Source: an uncultured Candidatus Micrarchaeota archaeon (GTDB lineage Archaea; Micrarchaeota; Micrarchaeia; Anstonellales; Anstonellaceae). From it: a stretch of DNA of 52,303 nt. The position numbers and the translations under genes are program-made. Positions within the stretch are counted from its first letter, which is position 1. Each line of letters opens with the position of its first letter. Positions 18,501 to 28,369 of this stretch are shown piece by piece. Under the pieces are notes generated by a model. That model was not told where the DNA came from, ran no database searches, and worked only from the letters and a program-made list of their open reading frames with translations. The DNA is taken from NCBI GenBank assembly GCA_903923795.1, contig CAIXYX010000139.1:1-52303 (forward strand), in the 5' to 3' direction.

Positions 18501-21115
18501 GCATGGGCGAGGGCCCGGTCGACAGCCCCATGCTGGAAGCGAGAGAAGAAAAAAAGAAGTATTTCACCTTGTTCGGTTTTGTTTTCGCCCTCTTTATTTT
18601 CAGCCTTTTCATGATTACGCCGGCCCACGCCCTCTCCCCGGGGAAATACAGCGATTATGTCTGGGCCTCGGACTACCATCCTCCGGCCGCGCCCGCCAAT
18701 ATGAACCTCAACTGCAGCTTCTTCCTCCCCGACGATCCGGTGTGCGCGGACATAAACGCGCTCGACAACGAGAGCCGCGATGCGGTGCTGCTCGCGGCGA
18801 TAGGCAGGACAAGCCCGGAAGAATACCAGGACTGGGTGAGATATTGGAACGGCCAGCTCCCCATCAAGGATTATTACGACAATCTCTCCGCCATAAACGA
18901 GACGGCTGATGGCGCATACGGGGAGAACAATTCGCTGCGCGACATGTGGTTCCGCCTCATCGACTTCTACCCGGCGGTCTATGACCAGCGGGACGGCTAT
19001 TACTATCTCTCGGACCAGACGCTCGTATTGAGTCCGTTCCATGTCAATTTCGTGGTACCGAATTCGATGGAGGGGGATTGGTGTGCGCAGAGCTATGACA
19101 TCAAGGGCTATGATGTCGAGCTGCGAAAGAGCATCGGGAATTTCTCCACAACAGGCAGCATCCTGCCCGTCTCGCAGCTCATGGCCCCGGGCGAGAAGGC
19201 CAACCTCACCCTCACGATGTCGGCCACAGGCGCATACAGCTACAACCTCTCGGCCTCGCGAAACGCCAGCTGCGGAAATTGCACGCAGGAATGCGTGTTC
19301 AACGCCACCCGATCATCGGCAGACACGCTCACCCTGAGCCATGAATACCCAATCAAGAGATTCCCCGACACATTCGAATACAACAACACCCTCTCGGTGC
19401 CGAAAACCGGATTCGCGCAAGGCTTGGTGAGCCTGCGCCTGCCGGCCGATTTCCTGTATTACCAGTTCAGCGTGAAAGGCTACACATACACGGTGAGCCG
19501 GCATGAGCTTCAGCTGCAGAGCTATGGAGGAGTCTATCCTCTACTGCGCCTCGCCCTCATACCATCGCCATCGCAGAGCGGCACGCTGCACATAACATCG
19601 AGCAGCCAGAACGATGACAACATCACATACTGGGCTGACCTGCATTACAAGCTGCCGGTGTCCGCGCCCGACATAGGGGAGACGGACTGCGCATTCACGC
19701 TCGTCACGCCATTCGGCACGAAAACGGTTGAGAGGGCGTGCACCACGGCCCGGGCCGAGAGCTCGATAAAACTCGAGGTGCTGCGCGTGGAGAACGGCAT
19801 TGGCACGATACAGGCGTCGGTGCATGACCAGCTCGGAAACCCGCTCGAGGGCAGCGTCGTGCAGTTCACATCCGGCGGGCTCGTGCTGAACAAGACTACA
19901 GACGCGAACGGCATCGCGCTCGCCCAATTGCCGCAGGGGCAGTCCACCAGCAGTGTCGAGGGCGCAGTGGTGGATTCCGAGAATGCGTCAGGCGCCAAAG
20001 CAATCATATTTCTCGCGGGAAAGTCAGGCACCACGGGCAAGGGGGCCTCGTTCCTCTCGGCCGTCGTTGGGGCAGCCCCCATACTTTTAATTGTATTGCT
20101 TGTTAGCTCATCTATGATGTGGCTGCTGCGCAAGCGTTCCTCCGCCTGGCTTGTGTTACTCTTATGCCTCGCCCTATTGCCAGCGATGGCTTGGGGGCAG
20201 GATGCGGGGGCGAACAACACCACCCAGATAACACAGGACTCGAGCGGAGGCGTGCTCGACGTGCAGGCCACCCTCGACGCCTGCCGCGGATATGATTTCT
20301 CGAACGCGGTGCGCCATTTCGGCGAATGCGCAGAGGCTTACCAGCTCTCGAACGAGTTCTCCTCCATGCGCCGCACAGCGACAAAACTCATCGAGAACAT
20401 CGGACCGCTTGTGGTGGCCACTCCGGACATCACGGCATACAAGCAGCCCTACTCCGACATGGTGCGCATCTCCCTCGCGCTTTTTCGTGTGGCATGGGCG
20501 TTCAACTCCCTCTATCTGCTGCTCAACATATTCAACCCCAACCGCAGAAACGAGGCGCTCAAGCAATACATCTGGCTGATTGTGTTCGTCATATTCGCAT
20601 ACTTCTCATTCACCCTCATCTCCGGCGCAGTGTCGGCTGTGAACAACGTGGCGGAGTGGGTGGCGGGCAAGGATGCTGCGGCCAGCCTCACACAGGCCAC
20701 GCTGTCGGCTGAATTCGTTTCCGAGAATTACGAGATGCTCAAACTGGTGCTGCCGTTCCTCTCGGTGACATACCTTGTGCTGCTCGCGAGAAACATAACG
20801 GTCATCGCCATGATATTGTTCTTCCCCTTCTCGCTCCTCCTCTTCTTCACATCAGCCACCAAGGGTTTTGGCCGCGCCGCGCTCACGGTCACATTCGCGG
20901 CACTTGGCCTCGGAGTGGTCAATGCCATACTGCTGCTCATATACAACATACTTGTCACCACTGCTGCCGACCCCACATTGTCCGGCAGCTTCGCGGCCAC
21001 GTTCTTCTCGGCCTCGTTTATCATATTCTTCGGATTCGTGAACCTGCTGGTGCTCGCAGTCGCATTCCTCTCCGGCATCGTCTTTATTGGACAGAGCCGC
21101 GGGGCGGAAGGTTGA
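18497..21115 (+). CDS. Large membrane protein: beta-rich/Ig-like ectodomain plus C-terminal VirB6-like polytopic domain
   Basis: N-terminal signal/TM, Cys- and sequon-rich ectodomain, Ig-like VHDQLGNPLEG..TTDANGIA, and about six C-terminal TM helices. The VirB6 assignment is inferred from topology and context. Confidence 0.7.
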   Translation: MSMGEGPVDSPMLEAREEKKKYFTLFGFVFALFIFSLFMITPAHALSPGKYSDYVWASDYHPPAAPANMNLNCSFFLPDDPVCADINALDNESRDAVLLAAIGRTSPEEYQDWVRYWNGQLPIKDYYDNLSAINETADGAYGENNSLRDMWFRLIDFYPAVYDQRDGYYYLSDQTLVLSPFHVNFVVPNSMEGDWCAQSYDIKGYDVELRKSIGNFSTTGSILPVSQLMAPGEKANLTLTMSATGAYSYNLSASRNASCGNCTQECVFNATRSSADTLTLSHEYPIKRFPDTFEYNNTLSVPKTGFAQGLVSLRLPADFLYYQFSVKGYTYTVSRHELQLQSYGGVYPLLRLALIPSPSQSGTLHITSSSQNDDNITYWADLHYKLPVSAPDIGETDCAFTLVTPFGTKTVERACTTARAESSIKLEVLRVENGIGTIQASVHDQLGNPLEGSVVQFTSGGLVLNKTTDANGIALAQLPQGQSTSSVEGAVVDSENASGAKAIIFLAGKSGTTGKGASFLSAVVGAAPILLIVLLVSSSMMWLLRKRSSAWLVLLLCLALLPAMAWGQDAGANNTTQITQDSSGGVLDVQATLDACRGYDFSNAVRHFGECAEAYQLSNEFSSMRRTATKLIENIGPLVVATPDITAYKQPYSDMVRISLALFRVAWAFNSLYLLLNIFNPNRRNEALKQYIWLIVFVIFAYFSFTLISGAVSAVNNVAEWVAGKDAAASLTQATLSAEFVSENYEMLKLVLPFLSVTYLVLLARNITVIAMILFFPFSLLLFFTSATKGFGRAALTVTFAALGLGVVNAILLLIYNILVTTAADPTLSGSFAATFFSASFIIFFGFVNLLVLAVAFLSGIVFIGQSRGAEG

Positions 21116-21126
21116 GGTAATAAGCC

Positions 21127-24100
21127 ATGAGCGGATACCGCACCATCCCCACCAAGGACACGTTCGATGTCGACGAGCGACTGGGCGGCCTAATCACCGT
21201 GCGCCAGCTCGCTTTCCTCATCATCACCCTCGCCCTCACCTACCTCACCTTCGCCGTAGCTTCCCAAGTGCTCTCCGGCCCGGACGCCATCATGCCCACC
21301 GTGGGCGTGTTCTTCGTCTGCATGCTCGTGACGTTCGGGGGCGTGGACAGATGGTTCTACACGCGCCTGCGCTATTACCTGTTCTCGAACGCATCCTCGC
21401 TCGAGCGCAATCCGGCGCTTTTGCGCAACATCAGGACTGTTGAAGAGGACAAAATCGTCACGCTCGACGGCCGCGCCATGGCACTCTTACGCGTCACACC
21501 CATCAACTTCCCCCTCCTCTCCGACGAGGCCAAAGAGGGCAGGGTGGGCGCGTTCGAGATGTATCTGCGCCAATTGGTCTACCCCATCGTCCACTTGGTG
21601 CAGTCCGAGCCCATCGATGTCGAGGAATACGCCGACACTGTGCTGCGCAAGGCGAAGTCCGCGAAAGGCATGGGCATCGGGGGGGCGGAAGAGTACGCCG
21701 AGGAGCACGTGCGCTTTTTGCGCGAATTTTTGCGCTCGAACCGCTCGCGCGCCAAGAATCATTATGTCGTGCTGCAGGTGCAGGACCCCAGATACAAGGC
21801 GGGAAGATCCGGCATCGAGCCGAGCTTTGGCGACAAAATGATGCGCTCCGCGCAGGCCCTGCTCACAGAGGTGCAGCCATCCAGCCTCTTGGCGGGCGGG
21901 CCGCTGATGGTCAAGCCCAATAATTACGCCATGCTCGATTTGGCGACGGGCCGAATCCTCTTCAAAGACCCCGGGCGCATGCCCTCCACCCCGCCTGCGC
22001 GCTCGAAACAGATGGGCCGCATATTGCAGTTCGAGAGCAAGGTGGCCATGCTGCGCTGGGCGCGCACGGAGAGAAGGAACTACTACTACGGCGCAGTCGA
22101 CCCCGACATCGAATTGAAGAAGGAGTTCATGGCCATGCCCCTGCGCGAGCGCGAGATGGAATTCTCGCTCGATGAGAGGCGGCGAAATGTGCAGCTGTCG
22201 GCTGGCAAGACAAGATGGGCTTATGATGAATTGGAGAAGCACATCTCGGTGCTCACCGAAAAGCTCGAAGCAACAGGCCTGCGCGTGCGCCGCTTGCGCG
22301 GCGAGGAATTGTTCACCGGCCGGCACATGGTGATGGCACAGGCTCATTCGGTGAAAGTGAATCCTCATCATCTTGTGGTGGACAACATATACTACAAAGT
22401 GGTCTATGCCACTGGCTACCCGTATCAGGTGAATTTGGGCTGGCTCACCAACATCGTGGACGGGCGCGAAGACTATGATTTGTCGATGTACATCTACCCC
22501 GTGAGCATACCCGAGGCGCTCTCCACTTTCCGCGGGGCCATACTCAAATTGTCGACAGAGAAGAAGGCGCGCGCAGACTTCCTTGATCCGGAGACAGAAC
22601 AACATCTCGATGATGTGAAGAGCTTCTTCACGCAAATAGTTTCTGGCAAGGAGAGGTATTTCCTTGCCTCGCTCTATATCACGTGCAAGGCGACGTCGAA
22701 AAAGAGCCTCGACACAGTTGTGGAGAAGTGCAAATCTGACCTGGCCGGCGCATCCATAGATTACGGCACTGCGGACTATGACATGTCGCGTGCTGTGTAC
22801 ACCACGCGCCTAACAGGCTCGGACCTGCTGGCAAAGAAGCGCGAATTCCCGTCAAGCTCGCTCGCCGCCACATTCCCGCACATCTCGTCCTCGCTCGAGA
22901 TAGACCCAAGCGGCATATTCTTCGGATTCGACTGGATGGGCGCGCCCATAATCCTCGATTTGACAAGGCTGCCCAACCAGCACATAGCCATCACCGGTGA
23001 GTCCGGCTCGGGCAAATCATATTTCGCCAAAAGCATCATCCCCCGCTACCTGCTCAACGGGTATCGGGTGTTCGTCACAGACCCCGACGGAGAATACGCG
23101 GATTTGACGCGCCATTTCGGCGGAGTGGTCTCGACCGTCGGCCCCAAATACAACACGGCTATAAACCCCTTCGACCTCTCGGGCCGCGACATCAATGACA
23201 AGATACGCTCGCTTATGGGCTTCATGGCGATTGTGGCGGGCAGCCTCACCAAATACCAGGAAGGCCTCTTGAGCGACGCGCTGGCAGAATTATATGAGGA
23301 CAACAGAGGTAAGAGCCGCCAGATAGTGATGAGCGATTTCGCGGCTGTGCTGAACCGCCGCCTCGCGAAAACAAGAGATGACCAGACGCGCCATGATTTG
23401 CAATTCCTGCTGATTTCGATTCGCCCGTTTTTGAAAGGCAACTTGTACGGCTTTTTGGACAGGCCCACGACCGTGAAGCTCGATTCGCGCCTGCAGGTGT
23501 TCGATTTGCGCGAGTATCAGAATGACAAGACGCTGCGCGACCTCTTCAACTACATCATCTTCGACTTCATCACGCACCAGCTCACCTCGAGCCATGAGCG
23601 CAAGGCATTATTCATGGACGAGGGCTGGACCATGGTGAACTACCCCTCGACAGAGGATTATGTGCGCTATATCATCAAGGACAGCCGCAAATACAATGTG
23701 TCGTTCGTGTTCCTCACGCAGGAATTGGAGGACATGCTCCAGTCGCAGGCCGGCCGCTCGATTTTGTACAACACGGCCACGCAGTTCATATTCCACCAGA
23801 AAGAGAGCGCCATGGCGCTGATGAAGACCACGCTCAACTTGACGCCGCCGGAATACGAGAAATTGATTGCGTGCGGAAAGGGCGAAGGGCTGATGATTTC
23901 CGATAGCATCCGCCTGCTTTTCCGCGTGCGCACGAACCAGGCTGAGCACGAGCTCATCTCCACCGACCCCAATGAGAAGAGGAGGATTGAGGAGGACTTA
24001 TCGTCCGGCGCAGGCTCGGCGTCATCCGGAACGAAACGGACAGGGAGTATGGAAGTGCGCGAATCCGCGCTCATGGAGCCTGCCCCCGCCCCGCCTGTTC

Positions 24101-24426
24101 TGCCGAATCCCGACTTGGAGGCCAGCCGCGCATATGTGTCTCCGGCCCAGAGCGCGGGCGAGCAGCAGACAGAACCTGATGATGCGCCATCAGAGCCGCC
24201 CCATGTGATTTTGCCGAACGAGCCCACAGTCAAATTGGATGAGGACAACCGCATCTTCAAAAACACCGCCCCGCCACCGAAACCATACACACCAGGCATT
24301 CCGCTGGCTGTTTCCAAGGGGATGGTGAGCCCGAAAGAGGCGTTAAGACTGCTGCAGCAGGCGGACAAGAGCGGCAAGACGAGGGGAAAGAAGACGGCGG
24401 GCGGAAAGGGGAAGAAAAGGAAGTAA
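21127..24426 (+). CDS. PrgI(VirB3-like)-VirB4 fusion ATPase
   Basis: N-terminal IPTKDTFDVDERLGGLITVRQL plus two TM (PrgI-like). Walker A ITGESGSGKS, VTDPDGEY, INPFD, Walker B FMDEGW, SRKYNVSFVFLTQ. Pro/Lys-rich tail. Confidence 0.9.
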   Translation: MSGYRTIPTKDTFDVDERLGGLITVRQLAFLIITLALTYLTFAVASQVLSGPDAIMPTVGVFFVCMLVTFGGVDRWFYTRLRYYLFSNASSLERNPALLRNIRTVEEDKIVTLDGRAMALLRVTPINFPLLSDEAKEGRVGAFEMYLRQLVYPIVHLVQSEPIDVEEYADTVLRKAKSAKGMGIGGAEEYAEEHVRFLREFLRSNRSRAKNHYVVLQVQDPRYKAGRSGIEPSFGDKMMRSAQALLTEVQPSSLLAGGPLMVKPNNYAMLDLATGRILFKDPGRMPSTPPARSKQMGRILQFESKVAMLRWARTERRNYYYGAVDPDIELKKEFMAMPLREREMEFSLDERRRNVQLSAGKTRWAYDELEKHISVLTEKLEATGLRVRRLRGEELFTGRHMVMAQAHSVKVNPHHLVVDNIYYKVVYATGYPYQVNLGWLTNIVDGREDYDLSMYIYPVSIPEALSTFRGAILKLSTEKKARADFLDPETEQHLDDVKSFFTQIVSGKERYFLASLYITCKATSKKSLDTVVEKCKSDLAGASIDYGTADYDMSRAVYTTRLTGSDLLAKKREFPSSSLAATFPHISSSLEIDPSGIFFGFDWMGAPIILDLTRLPNQHIAITGESGSGKSYFAKSIIPRYLLNGYRVFVTDPDGEYADLTRHFGGVVSTVGPKYNTAINPFDLSGRDINDKIRSLMGFMAIVAGSLTKYQEGLLSDALAELYEDNRGKSRQIVMSDFAAVLNRRLAKTRDDQTRHDLQFLLISIRPFLKGNLYGFLDRPTTVKLDSRLQVFDLREYQNDKTLRDLFNYIIFDFITHQLTSSHERKALFMDEGWTMVNYPSTEDYVRYIIKDSRKYNVSFVFLTQELEDMLQSQAGRSILYNTATQFIFHQKESAMALMKTTLNLTPPEYEKLIACGKGEGLMISDSIRLLFRVRTNQAEHELISTDPNEKRRIEEDLSSGAGSASSGTKRTGSMEVRESALMEPAPAPPVLPNPDLEASRAYVSPAQSAGEQQTEPDDAPSEPPHVILPNEPTVKLDEDNRIFKNTAPPPKPYTPGIPLAVSKGMVSPKEALRLLQQADKSGKTRGKKTAGGKGKKRK

Positions 24427-24460
24427 GCATTTATTAACTAGTTCTACCACATAATATAAC

Positions 24461-25288
24461 ATGACTAAACAAATCCAGAGCGCGAAGAATTGGTTCATTG
24501 CCACTACCATAGCTCTAAGCTTAATCATCAATTCCATGCGGGCCAAAGAACCGCTCGTTGAACAGAAATTTCGGCCCGTGAGTCTCGATTCGCTAAAAAG
24601 CAAAGTTCTTATCATAGAGGAGAACGACCGTGTCTATACTGTTCGGGATGAATTGGCGAAAAGCCTCCCCGCGCTCGGCTCGATTGGCTATGGGAGAATG
24701 TATTTCGAGCTGCTCTCGCCAAAAGCGCAGAATTTGGTCGATGATTATCTCGCGTCCGGCTCCGATACAGTCCGGCCAGCGCTCAACACGGCCTTATATC
24801 TCGCGAGCCGCGAGAAAGAGGATGAGAAGAACGAGAAATCGCATTCTGCCGGCCGCCTGCTCGCAGCCGCAAAAGCCGTCCGTTGGTCTTTTCAGGGCAT
24901 TTACTTCGACACCACATCGCTCGGCGTGCCGGAGTATATCACGGTGCGTGACAGCATATATGCGCATGAGATATGGGAACAGTATGGCAAAGACTCGGTC
25001 CGCATAGTGCTGGATATCGGAGGCTTGCACGGGGCGGGCATCGAGGCGAATCTGGCCAAATTGGGAATCGAGGCCAAGCGCCTCTTCACATGGGACTATT
25101 CCTTGAGCGCCGAGCGCAGCATTGGCTGTCGGAATGCGAATTATCTCTCGCAGGCATATTTTGAGAATTATGTTGACCCGGTTGTTGACGCTAATCTCCC
25201 GCCGGGCTTGTATCAGACAGGGGATTTTGCGCATGTCAGCTATGTCTGGATAGTGCGAAGCAAAGGAAACGAGACTGGAGAAAAGTAA
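24461..25288 (+). CDS. Secreted hypothetical protein, possibly TraB/ChaN/EreA-like fold
   Basis: N-terminal hydrophobic segment. KVLIIEEND, YFELL, VRDSIYAHEI and IVLDIGGLH loosely match that superfamily. Confidence 0.55.
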   Translation: MTKQIQSAKNWFIATTIALSLIINSMRAKEPLVEQKFRPVSLDSLKSKVLIIEENDRVYTVRDELAKSLPALGSIGYGRMYFELLSPKAQNLVDDYLASGSDTVRPALNTALYLASREKEDEKNEKSHSAGRLLAAAKAVRWSFQGIYFDTTSLGVPEYITVRDSIYAHEIWEQYGKDSVRIVLDIGGLHGAGIEANLAKLGIEAKRLFTWDYSLSAERSIGCRNANYLSQAYFENYVDPVVDANLPPGLYQTGDFAHVSYVWIVRSKGNETGEK

Positions 25289-25324
25289 GAAGCGCGCATT
25301 CGGTTCTATGGCATCAAATTTTCG

Positions 25325-28204
25325 TCAGGCGATTATGATGCTCGGCTTGCCCGGCAGCGCATTGGCGGTTTTGGCCGAGAGCGCCGATGGCGCCTCTTTC
25401 TCGTGCAGAACCTCGATTTTCGCGCCCGAGAATTCGGTTGACAAGAAGCCGATTGAGTCCGTTAGCACTTCCATCTCCTCTTTTGCCTCTAATGTTTCGC
25501 CTGTGATTGCGCCGATGTTTTTGATGAGCTTGCCGGCGAGCGCGGCAACCTGCGGCTGGAGTTTTGCCAACTCGGAATCTGTTTTGGCCGCATCCATCAC
25601 GGCACGGATATTTTTGTGCTCGGCAACAAGCGCGCGAACTTTCTTTTTCCAATCAGCATGCACTATGAGTGTGATAGATTCGGGTTTGTCTTTTTTGATG
25701 AGCGCGCAGATGTGGCGGATGTCCTCCATGACATTCTGCAAATACGCCTCGCCCATCTCGAGGCGGAAGTCTATCTGTTTCTCATCGGCCTTGGGGAAAC
25801 GGGCGGACACCACAAGAGATGCATCATCAACAAACTTCTTTTTGCCCAACCTCTCCCAGAACTCCTCGGCAACATGAGGCATGATGGGCGCGGCCATGAG
25901 CGTCCATAATTCAAAGAATTCGCGCAGATTCCCAGAGTGGGCGTCGTCGTTCGGACTTCTGCGGGCATACCACTGCAAGTCGTTTATCGTGTCATAGAGC
26001 AATGCCCTTGCCAGCGGGCGCAGCTCGAAATTCTCGTATTGTGCCGGAGCATCGCGCAGGCGGGCATGCAGGCGCGAGTAGAACCAGCGCGAGATGCGGT
26101 CGCGTTTGGGGTGGCGCGCACTGGCAGATGCGTGAGATGCATGCACTGCGGATGTTTTCGTCTCTGTGGTTTTCTCAAGCAGGCTTTCGAGCGTGTTGAT
26201 TCTGTTTGCCACTCCCTCGGCGGCCGCCTGGTTGAAGTCTGAATCCGCCTCGAGTTCGGCCGAGCTGGTCACGACGAACCGTATGACATCGGTACCATAC
26301 TGCGCGATGGCTTTGCGCAAGGGCAGGATGTTGCCCATGCTTTTCGACATCTTCTTGCCCTCCATGGTTACGAAGCCGTTCGAGACTGTTTGCTTCGGCC
26401 AGTGCCTCTTCTCGAATATGGCCGTGTGGTTGAATATGAAATACGTCAGGTGGTTGTGCACCAAATCATGCGCCGAATGGCTCGAGTCGAGCGGATACCA
26501 GTAGAGGAATTCGGCGCGGGCGGCCGCCCAATCTGCCGAAGGCTTGGCATCGGCGGGCTTTTTCCCCAAAAACACGTAGTCGAAGAATTCGTTGTTTATG
26601 GAGTCTGCGCCGCTTTTTTTCTCCATCTTCTTTGCGATGTGCGCGATGGCATAGAATGCCATGTAGATGGTGGAATCCGACAGAGCCTCTATCATCTGCG
26701 TCTCGTCGAATGGGAATTTGGTGCCAAGGCCAGATGCGCGCGTGCACGCTTTCTGCCGCAGCCAGCCTATGGTATACTCATAATCTTGGCGCAGGCCCGA
26801 TGGCAATATGCGCATGCCTGCCAAAGCCTCCCGCGTCTTCTCTTTCCACGCCCCGTTGCCATAGTCAATGAACCACTGGTTGTCGACTTGTTTGACAACG
26901 CATTTCGCGCCGCAGCGGCAATATACGGGCGCATTGGCGAGGATGTGCATCAAAGTGGCCGAACCGGCATTTATCAGGTCTTCCTTTATCTTCTCTTTTG
27001 CCGCGATGCCGTTCATGCCCGCGTAGGGTGCAGCTTTCATTTTGCCCTCGTGAGCCTCGAGCTTGTACAGTTGCTTGGTGGCCTCCTCGCCCCTTTGGTC
27101 ATCCTGATTTTTCACGCCCATTTTGACGCACAGCTCGCCGGCCGGGCATGAGCCGAAGCCCGGCGTGTCGAGCACCTGAATAGGCCGAATCACGTCGAGC
27201 TTGTTCAAATCCCGCAATGCGAGCCAGTCGAATGGCGCGTGCGCGGGCACGGACATGACAAGACCGGTGCCGGTGCCGGGGTCGACGAACGAGGCGGGCA
27301 GTATGGGAATCTGGTGCTTGGTGAGAGGATGAGTGGCGGTGAGAGCGAGCAATTGGTCGGCGCTGACTTCCTTTAGTTTTGTGAGCGCGAACTGGTGCGA
27401 GAGCAGCTCGAACGACTCTTTTGTCAGGTAGAGCTTTTTCTTGTGCTTGTTTATCGTGCTCTCTGCCAGCACATAATGCGCATTTGGATTCACCCACAGA
27501 TTTGTCACGCCCGGCAATGTCTCGGGCCGGTATGTTATTGTGGGGATGAAACCCATCCCAGCAGCGAAGAGGACGGCCACCACCTCTTCCATCTCGGGGT
27601 CGACATCGCCCATCGTGTCATGCCCGCCCACCGGCTGTTTGTCGGCGGGGCACCATGGCACGGGGTGTGAGCCTTTTGTTATGAGGCCGGCTGCCTGCAA
27701 TTTGCCGAACTGCCATTGGATGAAATTGTTGAAGATGGAATCAAAGGTGTAGAATTTGCGCCGCCAGTCTATCGAATAGCCCATCTCTTTCATGCCGGCC
27801 TCGATTTCGGCCGAGAAGTAAAGGACGAGGTCGCGCGGGTTGGTGAGGGTGGAGGTTGTGCTTGGCGGGATGCCGTAAATATTCTCGAAGATGTCGAACA
27901 GTTCCTTGTCCCTCGCTTCTATCCTCTTCGCCATCGCCAGAATAGGCGTGCCGGTCACATGGAAACCCATGGGGAAAAGCACGTTTTTGCCCATGCTGCG
28001 CGAATAGCGGGCGTAAATGTCTGTCGTGGTGTAGGTGCGCGCATGCCCTATGTGCTGGGGCGAATTCGGGTAGGGGAATGCGGCGGTGAGATAGAATTTG
28101 TCTTTCGCCGCGCCGCTTTTGGGCGCTTCCCCCAGCGTCGGCTCGAACACGTGGGCATGGTCCCATGCGCCCTGCCATTTCCTCTGTTGCGCGTGAAAAT
28201 CCAT
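25325..28204 (-). CDS. leuS: Leucyl-tRNA synthetase (archaeal type)
   Basis: AFPYPNSPQHIGH, KKMSKS, editing-domain GTGLVMSVPAHAPFDW, C-terminal ALPGKPSI. Confidence 0.98.
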   Translation of the reverse strand: MDFHAQQRKWQGAWDHAHVFEPTLGEAPKSGAAKDKFYLTAAFPYPNSPQHIGHARTYTTTDIYARYSRSMGKNVLFPMGFHVTGTPILAMAKRIEARDKELFDIFENIYGIPPSTTSTLTNPRDLVLYFSAEIEAGMKEMGYSIDWRRKFYTFDSIFNNFIQWQFGKLQAAGLITKGSHPVPWCPADKQPVGGHDTMGDVDPEMEEVVAVLFAAGMGFIPTITYRPETLPGVTNLWVNPNAHYVLAESTINKHKKKLYLTKESFELLSHQFALTKLKEVSADQLLALTATHPLTKHQIPILPASFVDPGTGTGLVMSVPAHAPFDWLALRDLNKLDVIRPIQVLDTPGFGSCPAGELCVKMGVKNQDDQRGEEATKQLYKLEAHEGKMKAAPYAGMNGIAAKEKIKEDLINAGSATLMHILANAPVYCRCGAKCVVKQVDNQWFIDYGNGAWKEKTREALAGMRILPSGLRQDYEYTIGWLRQKACTRASGLGTKFPFDETQMIEALSDSTIYMAFYAIAHIAKKMEKKSGADSINNEFFDYVFLGKKPADAKPSADWAAARAEFLYWYPLDSSHSAHDLVHNHLTYFIFNHTAIFEKRHWPKQTVSNGFVTMEGKKMSKSMGNILPLRKAIAQYGTDVIRFVVTSSAELEADSDFNQAAAEGVANRINTLESLLEKTTETKTSAVHASHASASARHPKRDRISRWFYSRLHARLRDAPAQYENFELRPLARALLYDTINDLQWYARRSPNDDAHSGNLREFFELWTLMAAPIMPHVAEEFWERLGKKKFVDDASLVVSARFPKADEKQIDFRLEMGEAYLQNVMEDIRHICALIKKDKPESITLIVHADWKKKVRALVAEHKNIRAVMDAAKTDSELAKLQPQVAALAGKLIKNIGAITGETLEAKEEMEVLTDSIGFLSTEFSGAKIEVLHEKEAPSALSAKTANALPGKPSIIIA

Positions 28205-28369
28205 GGTCTGCTAGTGGATGGCGGGATTTATTATTATGATTATCCGGCCGCGCTCCCCGAGGCGAAAAAACGATGATACCGGGCGTGAATGTGCGGCTGG
28301 AACAACATTTTAGTATGGGCAATTCGCCCACACTATAGCCTTTTATATTACAAAACAGACGTATATACC

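Noticed and set aside
21487..22635. 382-aa antisense ORF inside virB4, and similar long shadow ORFs elsewhere
   Set aside because: Expected antisense open frames in GC-rich coding DNA; no motifs.
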